The notes beneath the pieces were generated by a model. The model was not told the DNA's origin. It saw nothing but the letters and a program-made list of their open reading frames with translations, and searched no databases. Below, piece after piece: positions 35,559-47,798 of a stretch of 64,000 bases of DNA; within the stretch, counting starts at the first letter, position 1; each line of letters begins with the position of its first letter. Source of the stretch: Moniliella sp. 'wahieum' (taxonomy: Eukaryota); the NCBI GenBank assembly GCA_003971905.1, contig RSEE01000105.1, forward strand, positions 1 through 64,000, read 5' to 3'. The translations under genes and the position numbers were made by a program.

Positions 35559-36934
35559 CCCCTTGCTGCGCATCACCCTTGTCCACTGATGAGTCCCTCT
35601 AGTGCCGAGTACTGAGTACTGACCCTGGATGGACAGCACCCTCGCCGAGAGGGCAAGTGGGCAACGAAACCAAGCGCTCCTTCCGAAAGAGAGGAGGAGA
35701 GTGCCTACCATCGTCTTGCTCGCGGAGTCGATGAGCTCACCGAGCTCAATGCCAGCTGCTCGAGCGTGCCGGAGCGGGAGCGGCAGCCTAGAGACGTTTG
35801 ACATCTCCGATAAGGACGATGGGTCGGCGGAGAGATTGTGTGGGCCGACTCGGGGTCGCAGGAGAGCCAAGCAGCTTCGACCAACTTGCCTTCCTCTTTA
35901 TTCAGCCCAACAGCCCCAAGTCCATATTGTGCGGCACTGTGCCCAAAAGATCATGGCCGCGTACATTCAATTCGAAACCTCGATCCGTACGCCATTGGAC
36001 TGGCCAACTCGGACATTCTCCGCACCAGTCCCCGCTGTAAAGCCGGCCAAGTACCTGCGGCGATCCCTGGGCTACCCAGGTCAATCTCCTGGCCAATACC
36101 TCGGCGTTCGCCGAGGTGAGCGCGGCAGCGCGCTCGGCTCCCACCTGGGCATGGCTCGGCTCAGTGGCCGCCGCTTCGGCCTCGCTCGCCTTGCTCAGTG
36201 GGCATGCATGGGCTGGACCCTTGATTTCGCCATTCGCCCTCGCCTCGCCTGCACACAGATACCGCCTCCTTGGGCTTGCGGTGGCCCAGGACGTGTGCTT
36301 GTCACCCTCTCCCTCCTGCTTCGTATTTGCCTGCTCTCCGCGCTGCTCTTCGATCGCTCGCTTCCTTCGCGTCCATCCCATCTCGTCTTCGCTGGTCCGG
36401 TTCCACCAGCACGACATGGCTGCGCGGCTGATCGACCCCCTCTAGCTCTAGCGTCATGGTACCCTGCTCCATCGTTTCGCCTTCTTCCTTTTGCCCCTTA
36501 ACTTCCGCGCCACTCTTCCCTCTTTCTTTTTTGTTACGATCCTTTCTGTTCTGATTCTGTGGTCCATGCCGGCCATGGGTTTGCTTCCAGTCCTTACTCA
36601 GTACTCAATACTCATTGCCCAAGCAGAAAGACAGGCACGCTGTCATGCCGTGCATTGCATTGCATTTGGTGCCCTGCTGCACATGTTTCCCCCCTGCACT
36701 TCTACAGGCACCAACCCTCGCCCACCGCGCGTCCTAGTCCATACGCCGCGGCGGCCGATCGAGCTAGCATTGACAACCGTTGACAGGGATCGATGAGTAT
36801 GATGAGTCAATGAGAAAAGTGGTAAAAAAAAAGAATGCATCATCCGGCTCCAATGAAGCTCGGAAAGCTTGAAGCTTGTGCAGCCACCTCCATCTAGAAG
36901 CTACAAGTCCACGTAGCCAGAAAACAAACACGTG

Positions 36935-38344
36935 TCAGTCACCATCGCAGAGCCAGTCCAGGCATTGTTGCGGGGCAGCGCTGCTGGCGACCAGCACCAG
37001 AAGATGGAACGCCCGCATACATGGACGACTCAAGCCGACCGAAGCCAAGGCCTCGCGTCGCGGCGGGACAAGAGCCGCGCTCGCGTCGGTCGATGCAGCA
37101 TTTGCCGCGCCGACATGTTTGAACTGGAACGCTTGGCCTTCGAGGGTATGCGCGTAAAGCAATCGTCTGGAAAGAATGAGTGTGTGTGTTGGGGGGGGGG
37201 GAGGGGGGGGAATGGGGTCAGACACGATCCGCACTTTTTGCGCTCCAACGAATCGAGACCAAAAAAAAGTAAGCCAAGGTGGCAGACACGTACCGGCAAA
37301 CGGACAGAACACCCTCGGGCTGCAGCAGGGATTTGGTAAAGTGTTTGCAAGGTTTGTCCTTGAGAGTCTGACGATAGGTACGGATCAAGTGACGCTTGCT
37401 GTCCCCCTTGACGAAAAAGGAGGCGGGCACAACAAACATGCTGATCGTCCGGCACAGCGGACAAGTCTTGTGCGACGCGCTGCGCTCAAAAGGATCAACG
37501 GCAGGGGTGCGGCGGCGAGGAGATCGCCACGAACGAAGACAGTCCAAACAGAAAAATGGTCGCACCCAGGTAACAGACCATACGTCTCGGGTACCTCGTA
37601 GCAAATCGAACATAGCGGCCGCGTCGAAGGAGGCTCATCGGCCGGATCAGTCAAAGCGGCTTCGCGCGCCTCGCTGCCATCTGCGCCACTTGCTCTGCAT
37701 ACCCACCCGGAGCAGAACGCAGCTGGTGCTGGAACCAACATTCGTCCCCACGCGCACAGAACCCTTTGCTGTAAAAGTGACACGCCGCCTTGATCTTCCC
37801 CTGGCGCGGGCGCGGGGGAGATAGACAGAGGAGGCAGCGTCGAGGATGGTCTGGATCGCAGTCTCGGACAACTGCACTGGGGCAGACGTAGAGGCAGTGG
37901 TAGTGGAAGAGGCAGTGGTAGCGGGGGTGGAAGTGGCAGTGGAAGCGGCAGCGGCAGTGTCAGAGGTAGAGGCAGAGGCAGAGCAGAGCTGACCTCGGGC
38001 TGTGGGGGCGAAGGCCCAGGCGCCGGCGCGTCCTCGGCCGAAAGAGGGAGGGTGAGGAAGCGACACTTGGACCCGCGTGAACAGCCCTGCGCCGAGGCAA
38101 AGTGGGTGCAGGGCGTAAAACGCGAAGCACTGGAGGGATTCAGCACCCGCACCCCCCTCCACCACCAGGTCGGGGGGAGGCGGAGCCAGCTTGGGACGGC
38201 GGCTGGGCCGCTCCAAGTGCTTGAAGCGGCAGGCGGACCCGCGTGCACACCCGCCCGAGGCGTGGAAGTAGCGGCAGGTGGGGTGGAGTCGGCGGCGGTG
38301 GAAGTGGCGGGGGCGGTGACGACGGGCGGCGTCGGGGTGGCCAT
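36935..38344 (-). CDS. Makorin-type CCCH zinc finger / RING E3 ubiquitin ligase
   Basis: CCCH fingers (CRYFHASGGCARGSACRFKH; CTHFASAQGCSRGSKCRF; CHFYSKGFCARGDECWFQH), RING CSICYEVPETYGLLPGCDHFFCLDCLRSWR..CPLCR, then YRQTLKDKPCKHF. Confidence 0.9.
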
Positions 38345-38503
38345 GGCGGGGCAGCGGACAGCGGTGGAGGCAGCCAATCAGCAGCGCGGCGGGTGTCGAT
38401 TAGAGCAGCCCATCGCAGCCGTCCACTGCAACTTTCAAGTGTGCTGTTACGTCATCCTCGGCCGCTGCTTGTTCCGGCGGGACGTTAGTGGTTGGTTGAT
38501 TGG

Positions 38504-39494
38504 ATGGATGCGCCCATTATTAACCGTGCCCCCACCCCCACCCTCCATCCCCCCCTGGCCTCCACCACCGGCTTTGGCACGCTCGGCCAGCAGACGCGCG
38601 CACCCATGCCCGCCGGCGTGTATGGCGACGTGCCCCCCAGCACCGCCGCCCCGCCCCCGCACGCCGCCTCGCCCAAGGCCCACCTCGAGGCGGCCAAGGT
38701 CGAGATGACGCCCCAGGAGCGCCAGGTCGTCGAATCCATCCAGAGGATTTCGCTCAACACCCAGTTCTTCGGCTTGGAGTCGGGGCGGCGCTGGGGTACG
38801 TCCTGACCAAGCGCAGGTTCCCGGGTGCGAGCTGGGGCCAGGTCCTCGCCCCCATGATGGCCGGTGCCCTGACGTCTCCCTTCTGGAGCTTGCCCTTGGC
38901 CTACTTCGTGTCCAAGCCCTACGTCAAGCAGATTGAGGATGACAAACACCTCCAATCCGTCATCCGACAGAGCGAACGCGCGCCACATCCCCCTCAGCCA
39001 GATCCCCATCATCACCCGCAGGCTGGCCAGGCCGGCAACCAGGACCTGCCGCCCCCTGCCGATGGCGCGTATCCCATGGGGGGCAGCTATGAGGTGGGTG
39101 CGGCTCCGTCTCCGGCGTACGAACCCGCCTCCCCGGGCGAGGCTCAGTCTTCCTCCTCTCAGCCCGAGGACGCATGGGCGCGTCTGCGTCGCGGTGCGGC
39201 TGGGGCGGGAGGTGCCCCGAGCACCGGGAGCGCTTGGGACCAAGTCCGCAAACAGCAATCGCCCTCTTAACTCTCCACCCTCTCCTCCTCGGTGCAGACA
39301 CCGCCAACGCCTGGGGCGATGCGCCGGCAAGTGGATCGGTGCGTGCTTCCCAAACCCCTGTAGATTCGGCCAAACTAACAGAGTGTGTGTTTCCTTTTTT
39401 TTCGTCTGCGCAGCTCTCTCCGGACGAACGCGAGTTTGATGCAGAGATGCAGCGCGAGGAACGAGGCCAGCAAGCGACCTCCACAACGTGGTAA
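38504..39494 (+). CDS. Fungal hypothetical membrane protein
   Basis: Two hydrophobic segments, then AWARLR / SAWDQVR motifs and C-terminal EREFDAEMQREERG; intron-like segment ~39341-39413 (GTGCGT..ACTAAC..CAG). Divergent from makorin across ~160 bp. Confidence 0.6.
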
Positions 39495-42400
39495 CGAGAG
39501 GGTAAACTACCGTCAGCTAGGCTAGGACTGCAGAAAGGTCGAGGGGGGAGAGGGCCCTCGCATCGTCTTCCCTGCCCACTGTTAGTCCCTTTCCTCTGCC
39601 CCACACTGGCTTCGTATCCACGCAAATTACTCCCAAAGCAATCTAACCCATCGGCTCCTCTAACAGCGCATCCTCAGTGTTTCCAGGTAGTAGGAGCATG
39701 ATCCTTCCCATGCACCGGGCTCCTAGCTGGCCCACCGTACACTATAATAGGCCTAGTAGTGAAGAGGGTATGATGTCATGAGCGGCCTCGAACTGGAGCC
39801 CAAAACCCCACTTTTTGGGGTGCTTTCCCTTGGGGGAGGAGAGTTCGACCCGGTTTATCGAGCTTGGACGCTATTGGCGGATCGAATCGAAGCTAGAGAG
39901 GAGATGAGGCCTCTCAATTGGGGCGTCGAATGTCTCGTGGTAAGATTGTCGAATATCTCGTGGCAAGATTGCGTATGCGCTGGAACAAGCAAGACACCGT
40001 GCCCGTAGACGCAGAGCCTGAAGGAGTTGGTTGGAAGGTTGATGCAGACAAAAGATAGGGTCTGACAACTCCTGTCACAGAACAGCTCAACTGTGTGGGA
40101 TCACAAGGAATCCGTACAGATGGTTGTGCAAGCTGGAGGGAGATTGACGGCAAGGATGCCTGTGGGCGAGGGATTCGGGAAGACCATGAGGTGGCCGCTG
40201 TGGCAAAAGTCGGTGGGACTGTTGGTAAGCTAGGAAGTTACGCAGGTGTTGTCTGGTGGGGTCAAGGATGGTTTCGTAGGAAATGTTGTTACAAAAAGAC
40301 CCGCTAGGGAAGGACATAGAAGAACTAAGGCTATACAGAGACATGATCTTAGTAAGTAGGCGACATAGTAAAACGTAGAGAACGAAGAAGGAAGGCGAAT
40401 GGCTCTCAAAGGAGCACAGATCCGTCAAGTAGGAAATGTTCCCTAGGAACAGGAAAACACACAACCGATCATGAAAAAGGCCCCAAAGTAATGAGCAGGT
40501 TCTCTGCCCTCATCAGGAACATGAAGGCATCAGGGGAGAATGTCCCAAAGAAATGAGACGCCTGGAACAGGAACCGGATGTCCAGATCCGGCAGTTTAAC
40601 TGAACACTCACTTACCCTCAAGACATATTTGAAGTAGAATTCCAAAGCAGTAAGGTCTCGAAGCTCACGCACGGATTTCCTCGGCCGGCGTATGGAAGGA
40701 AATCGATATTGGTCGCCCTGGCCGAATAGGGAAACTGTTCTGTTTAGGCGCTACGAAGTAGATGGGTCGTTTAGGCCAGTCAGAGCACAGAGTGCCCTGT
40801 CGCATTGATGGTATGGCTAGCCACGATCGAAATGTAGCTTGGATTCGGGAGCGAGCTCTGGGATCGTTACTAGACTAGAGACGCGAAGTTGGCGCATATG
40901 TTCTGCTACGCTTTGTCGTTACCCGGCGTATTTATTGTCGAACTGGTGTCGTTTTCGCTCTGGTCCGTACGACGAGGTCATTCTGCGACCACCGACAATT
41001 GATCTGGTCCAATGAGTATCCGGCGGAATCAGAACACTGAGAAATGAAGGATGTATATATACTAACGGCCCAGTGGGCCCAATTTCCGGGCTCATCCAAC
41101 ACCAAGGCCTGCCTTTTGGTCGACATGAAATGAGAGCTTCCATTTACCTGACGACTATAGATCTTGGCCACACCAATTGCCGATATTCCCCTGGCTAATC
41201 TGAAGACGCATGTCCCCGTAGAGCGCACACCCTTCCCTGCTGCAACTACTCCAAATCGATTCCCTGCCCTCGGCCAGCTACCATGAGCGCGCATAGGAAG
41301 GACGCGTGTTGAGACTATAGGTGGTTCTGGTAGCATTTTTCCTAAGAAGACACGAAATGTTGTGGCCGTGGGATTTTGAACCGATGCAAAAAAGTTACAC
41401 ATGTAGCCGGCAGTTGTGGCCCCCCGCGCTGCACATTATTGACATCAACGACTTTTCTTTTGCGCCGTCGCTGACATCAACGACCTCTTTTTCGACGTCG
41501 CTGACATCATTTTCCTCAAAACCATTTCGGGAGCGAGCTCTGGAATCGGGGTTAGAGAGGCGAAGAGAGCGCATAGGCTCTGCTACGCTTGCCAGTGCGT
41601 GTTCGCCATGACATGCGAATTGGAGTGCGGAACTTAAGGTAATAGAGATTTGGTTTTCCACAGGGCTGGGAAGGGTTCCGTCTCTGTGGTAGACTAAGGC
41701 TGGTGCTCTAGACGATGAGGGAGACGAGAGAGAGACTTGTGACGCCACGCTGGTGTAGTGGCGCCGGTAGCCCCTGTCCGGAACCTTCTGGTTCAACATT
41801 CCGTCCAATATTCCTTCCTGGCGGGCAGGGATAGTATTCTCTATAGTAGCCTCTGTAGTTCATGTGCAAAAAATGTTAATTCACTACCAACTGCCTGTGC
41901 TCTCTGGTCTTCATACAAGACTGAATATTGAATGAACAAGCGAAGCGGATGGCGGATTTTGCCCTGGGTCACGGCTTTTGCTCCATAATGTCTGGGTAAT
42001 AGTTTTGGACCCTGGCAGACACACGAATGGCAATCGCATGATGCGCTCATAAGAAAGTATGCTTCGATCTGTTTTAATTTCCTCGCACCTGCATCTAATA
42101 CATCATCTGACTCCCGCGTCGTGGCTTCCTACTAAAAAAGTTCGCATTGTTTTTCTCCTTTCCTCCGCTCTCAGCTAGATCACAGCTTGTCCTTTTGGAC
42201 TGTCCATACCCACAGGAGCAGTCACCCTTCTCAGTGTCCGCTCTCCAATCATTTGCCTTTACGCCTTCTCCCTATACTGCGCTACTTCCCTTTTAATGAA
42301 GCCCCCGCCTGTATAGCCATCGTGGTTAGTTAGGGAAAGTGCCGACTTCTTCCCTTTTGTGTCTCATTTGATCAATTCTACTATATAGCAACTTCTTCTC

Positions 42401-42555
42401 GTAGTTGCTCCCAACGCGAAATCCTCCAACAGCATCGTTCTCTAAGTTCCCAACCCCGACTTTAGGCCCTGCTCCCGAGCCTGGCAGGCAGGATTTGTCT
42501 CCTCCTTTATTTTACCTCCCTCGCAGGAGAGTTCCTTTCCTCACGCTGCGTGAGC

Positions 42556-42730
42556 TAATGTGCAGTTAACTGGTGACGGAGGTGGTAGTCATAACATTCA
42601 CTGCATAGCTCCCCGAGGTATGCTCCCATTTACAAGAAAGGAGAAGAAAAAGAAAATAAAAAACACTTGCTGCAGTACCACTTGGTCGCTTGTCACGAGT
42701 GTAGCGCGCACAACTCTCATCGGTATAGCA
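42556..42730 (-). mobile_element. Diverged solo LTR of the same family as the 47799-50952 element
   Basis: Aligns by eye along its length to 47799-47970 (tgtgcag..ggaggtggta..gtcataa.attcactgcatagctccc..atgctcccatt..tgctgcagt.ccact.ggtcgc.tgtcac). Flanks TGAGC / TAAGC form a 5-bp TSD with one mismatch. Confidence 0.85.
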
Positions 42731-45700
42731 TAAGCATTGATACCCTGTTGGTCACCTCCTCATCTTGATGTCCGCCAAAGTGTAAGCATTACTGGCACGT
42801 CGAACCTAGTCTGAGCTGTGTGGGCCCGCCAACGTGGACTGGACATGACAGTCATATTCGTCCTCTCTTCTTTTCCTTAACCCAAGTATGACTTTCTATG
42901 TTCTTGGAGTTCTTGAATTGGAAAAGGCCCTATTGACATCCGTCCTACGACGGCGCAGCCCCTGAGTCACGTGACTCAGTTTTCTTTCCTTCAGTCGCAG
43001 AACTTCCTGACTCCAACAAGACATTCAGTGCTCACATCCTGTGGCAGTACTAGCGAGGTCGACAGGCCGACGGTATATTCCCTCTGCCGTACCATTTTAC
43101 ATCTGAGACCATCTCGATGATACATTGTCTAGTCTTCCCAATCCTGGCACCCATGCAAGCTACAATCGTGAAGAGGTACAATTATGTTCGGTCGCACGAG
43201 CAGCCTTCAACATACGAATCCATGCACGAATCCATACGGACGACAGTCACCACTAAGTATAGTTGCCTGTTCATGTTTTGTTCTTACCCACGTTCCCCCC
43301 CCCCCCCCCCCCCCCCCCCCCGTGGGAGCTGTGCAATGAATGTTATGACTTCATCTCCCACCACCATCTATCCTTTGGAAGTCGCTACTTTCCTCACAAT
43401 TGACAGGGTACATGTATAGATCCCTTTCCTCTCAAGTTGTTCCTTTTCTACACTCCGCTACTTCGCATAGTTCAACTGTCCACCACACTCAGTTGCAAAT
43501 GCCCACAGTGGTCCAATATGTAATCCAGCCTCAACCCTACTTCCCATGCTTGTTTGTATTGTGTTGTTCCGCGCTAACTTTTTGGCTGTAATCGTGTCTG
43601 AACGGTACCAGACACATATCGACTGCTATGACTGGAGCAATGGGCGTAAAGCTAATGTTATCCTGAATCGCATTTGAAAGTGCATCAGCAGACAACATCC
43701 ATTCCCTTTGTGTCATACGAGTCACGAATTGTTCTCAGGCGTCTTTGGTAGCTTCAGGCAGCGTCCGTTTCACAGTTTGGAAAATATCAGCTAGAAGCTT
43801 TGGTCTGAGCCGCTCTCGGGCATGGTTATGCGTCACCCCCCCGAATGATGCCTGAAAGTACACACGCTGTTCTGTTGTACTGCTGCTACCCCTCTTAGTT
43901 TGTGGTGGATACTTTATTCATTTCCTGCATATGGATAGAGGTGTCGCCAAAACGGGACAGACGATCATGCATATAGTGTGGTGCATTCGGCGCAACACTG
44001 AATGCCACATTGCACCAACTTTATTCCAGGACCTCTATTGAGAGGCCTGCAATTTACCAGTTTATTAGATACTAGTGATGGTACGAAATTTGTTTATCCG
44101 ATATGTAAGCGTCGTACGTACCCATGTTTTGGTGGTTGAGTGTCTTTCTCAAAACATAATCCAGTATGTGATGCTATCCGTTTTCATGAGATGTAAGTGA
44201 ACGACATTCGGTAAACAAAAGACAAGCCATCGAGCCGACAATATGGTTGGTACAATACTCTCGCCGGTTTAATTTTGTTGCGCAACTGAACGCAGCAGTT
44301 ATTCATCAAAGAGTAACCACGAAAATGGCTGGCGAATATGACTTTCAGAAGGTCAGATTAGTACTCAAGGACCTGATTGAATGTCATTTGCCTCTAAGTG
44401 CGGCATAATAGGTAGGTTATAACTACGACCACGGAAATTGCATTGCTCTACATTTCCAGTGGTTCTCCACCCACCACCACAGCCTTGGGTTCCTCTGGGC
44501 TTGATTTGACAGAACAAGTCCGGTAGGCGCGGTTTTGACGGGAAACTCACATAGACGAGTATGATTGTCCCTGTTTTTGAGATACCATGCAGATTACCCA
44601 TCATTCGTTATCCAGCATTGTCGGTGGGTTGGACCAAAAAAGTTTGGGGCAGATCGAATATGCTCTGATACACCGCCCAAACCTGCTGAATTGTTTATTC
44701 CGACATCAGCAATATCATCGTCATGTTGGTTGCAGTCAAGGTCTGGAATCACCAACAGCTGAGGTATGGATACCAATGTTTTAGGACTACCCAGATATGG
44801 GGCAAGCAGGCTTCTCGCTTTTCCGGTATTCGTTACTTGAACGCCTGTTGGTCTCATGGTGTGCCCATCTTCTTTGCTTCCAGATACTATGGAGCAGAAT
44901 AAGGTTTTCGTTGCTGGGGTCTATAAGTGTACTGAATCCGTGTCAACCTATGCCTGATATACTGCAATGCATAGACACGGCAAGTGATTTGCTGCAAACG
45001 CAGAGGAGCAGAGTTCATCGGTGAAGGCGGGAGATACCACCACAACAGGCTGTGGTCAAAAAGCGTTATCCGATGCTCGTAGCCTTATCCAAGGGCGAAA
45101 CGAATTGCTGAGCATTTTCCCGCATGGCAAAAAGAAGTTAAACGGAAAAGCCGAAATAGAATACGATTGCTGAATGCCGATGCTTTCTGGTTAATGATCT
45201 TTGAATAAGAAGATGCGGCAGGGGAAGACCGTGTGACGATGGAAGACGAGGCCGCTACTGCTGCTGGCAGTATGATAGTGGTAGTATAATGTAGGCTAGG
45301 AAAGACATTAATAACTGCTATAGAGAGGGAGTTGACCTTAGGTGTGGAGATAGAATTCTTACTCCCTCGCCTTCTCACTCAATGTTCCAATCTCATGTCA
45401 TATTTTCATCAGCAGGACCGACGAGTAAGGCTGCAGCACTAGGCTGTAGCGCAACAGAATCGCATTTTTATAGCTTGTCGCTACGTTCTTGCTACGCTCT
45501 TTTATGCTGTGTTGTGCTGTTGAAGCCATCACTTTACGCATGTGTTTGATACCCGCTTGCGACATCAACATCCCTACTGGTGATCAAGGGATAAATAGAT
45601 TGTCTCTGCCAGACTCGATTTTCTCGAGCAGGCATTCATGTAGGCTATAGTATAGTATAAAATGTAATACCATTAGTAACCAGGGAGAGCGAGCATAGGA

Positions 45701-45743
45701 GGATCAGATTCGTCAGATACCTCGCCCATGGGCACGTCAATGA

Positions 45744-45842
45744 CGTTTCTGACGTTCAAGGGGGTGACGTCGGCGACACATCTGACGTTCAAGGGGATGA
45801 CATCGAGGACATGTCTGACGTTCAGGGCGGTGACATCGACGG
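45744..45842. repeat. 30-bp tandem repeat, 3 copies
   Basis: tctgacgttcaagggggtgacgtcggcgacaca / tctgacgttcaaggggatgacatcgaggacatg / tctgacgttcagggcggtgacatcgacg. Confidence 0.85.
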
Positions 45843-47313
45843 ACGTAACTGACCTGCAGCGCACTAACAGAATTGCCTCACCCACGGCAAATTACTCCTC
45901 CGACATTTTGGAAGGTATTTTATATCTTAAACATAAATGATGTCTTTTCGTGATCCGCTGTGGAAGCAGGGGCGGGTATAGCCGACTCTCCCATAGTGCT
46001 TTGAGGATTTTAGCCTTGGATTCCACACTCATCCGGTCCATTTGCTTTTCCTCTCCGCTCTGCCCCTATCAGTCGATCTCAGTCACTTCGGAAGTCTGGT
46101 AATATCTCTGCTCTCGTTATTTTACCGCTGCTCCTCGCCTCAGTTACTGTTCCATCTGATGGCCGTCATGGCTTTCACAATCTCCACTGTACTGTTCCAG
46201 TCCCTTGGTTGCAAAACCTTGGCCGTGCTGTCTTCGGGAGTCCAGCCGTTACAGTCTCCGTCTGGCGCTCGCCTAACCTCCAAGCGTATACACATGGTTT
46301 GGATCTGGTCTCTGCCTCGTTCCTCGCCTCGGTTCTTTCTCTTGGCCCTCGCCTCTCGTCTCTGGCCTTGTATCTTTCGTTCTTAGCCCTCACGTCTCCT
46401 CCTTGCCTCGTTTCCCTTTACATTGTAGACCTCTTGGTAGTTCGCTTCTCTGCTAATATGAAACCTGCCTGTTCTTAGTAGTATATCCAATTATGACGAC
46501 ACGTTGCCCGCAACTCCATTCCCCTCACTCATTCCTCCAGGCGCTCCACTTGGCACTCCACTCCTGAAGAACTTTCCTTTCAATCGGCTCGCTCATCCTC
46601 CTCCCTCTCATCCATCGGAGCTCCCCGAGTGCACGACCGGCCCCGGATGTGTAACATCCTTCTTGGACGCTACCTGGCTCTCTGCCGACGAATAGCAAGG
46701 GACTACTCGCGAACCGCCTACGTCGACGCTTGCATTTTTGGGCTCCAGATCTGTTGAGCCATCAGGTGGCTCGTGCTTTGGCCAATGCCCCTTCAGTTCC
46801 TCCTCAGGCCGAGGAGTTCCGTTGTTTTTCTCTCCTGATTTTCCTTGTTCCGCAGCTTAGCCCCTGGTGGCGACTCGCTGCTTGATGTCCCTCTGTAGGC
46901 GTTGCTGGTTGGCTTAGACCACCACCACCACCACCACCACCACCACCACTAGTGCGATTGCATCACCCTCGAGGACCACCTGGACTCCCGGTCCCATCAA
47001 GATCTAAAACGCATTCAGTCCTCGGTGAGTCTTGTCTTCGATGGGCAGGGAATGTCTCCTCGAGTCGGGAGCCGCGGTAAACCCGTCACAATCCCTTTTT
47101 TGTCAGAACAGGGCATCTGAGCCATGACGGCAGCAGCCTATGAAACGCATCAGCGTCAGCGTCCATCACCTCGATCACCACAAAGGGAGCTCTCTAGTCT
47201 TGACAATTTTTCTTTACAATCCTTGTGTCGTGTGGCAGGCAATGAGATACACATAATCCCATCCCTGTCCCTGTTGAATATAAAGCGGCGTGGACGTTTG
47301 CGCAATGTTCTGG

Positions 47314-47561
47314 TGTAAGCCGGGCGCGCCACGGGCGTAAGAGCCGGAGTCACCCGCGCACATGGGTGATAAATTCCCTTCAGCGTGGAACGGTGGATCG
47401 GTGGCTAAGGTGGCGAAGGGGGAACGGTGGCTACGGTGGCGATGATGGACTGGGGGAACGGTGGCTAAGGTGGCGACACAGCAGACCGGGCCGTAGGCCC
47501 GGTGGTCTCCTCGTACTATAAATAAGGAAAGTGCATATTTGTGTGCCAAAATGTGGTTTAC
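47314..47561 (+). mobile_element. Possible truncated or solo LTR
   Basis: Starts TGTAAGCC, ends GGTTTACG (imperfect inverted ends); three GGAACGGTGGCTAAGGTGGCGA-like repeats; hairpin ACCGGGCC-GTA-GGCCCGGT; TATAAATA at ~47517. No TSD. Confidence 0.4.
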
Positions 47562-47798
47562 GGGGTCTCGTTCCTATTTGGTTCGAGCCCCGATTGTCCC
47601 ACTTAAAAAACGAAAATGGGGCAACGCGCAGAGGCAGGGAGGTTGCGGGTTCATGCACACTATATAACTGACTCTGGATGCCCAATAAAGAGAGAAGGAG
47701 ACGCACAGAGAGACAGATAGGAGGACCACTCTGATGCTATCACAGGAGATGAAGATGGGGAAAGGCCAAGGATCCTATTCCTCGAATGGAAAGGAAGG

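Noticed and set aside
35629..36800. 290-aa plus-strand ORF and overlapping minus-strand ORFs
   Set aside because: No recognisable motifs and the coding strand is unclear; long ORFs arise by chance at this GC content.
39870..42050. Fragmented minus-strand gene
   Set aside because: Several short ORFs, but no recognisable domain or consistent exon chain.
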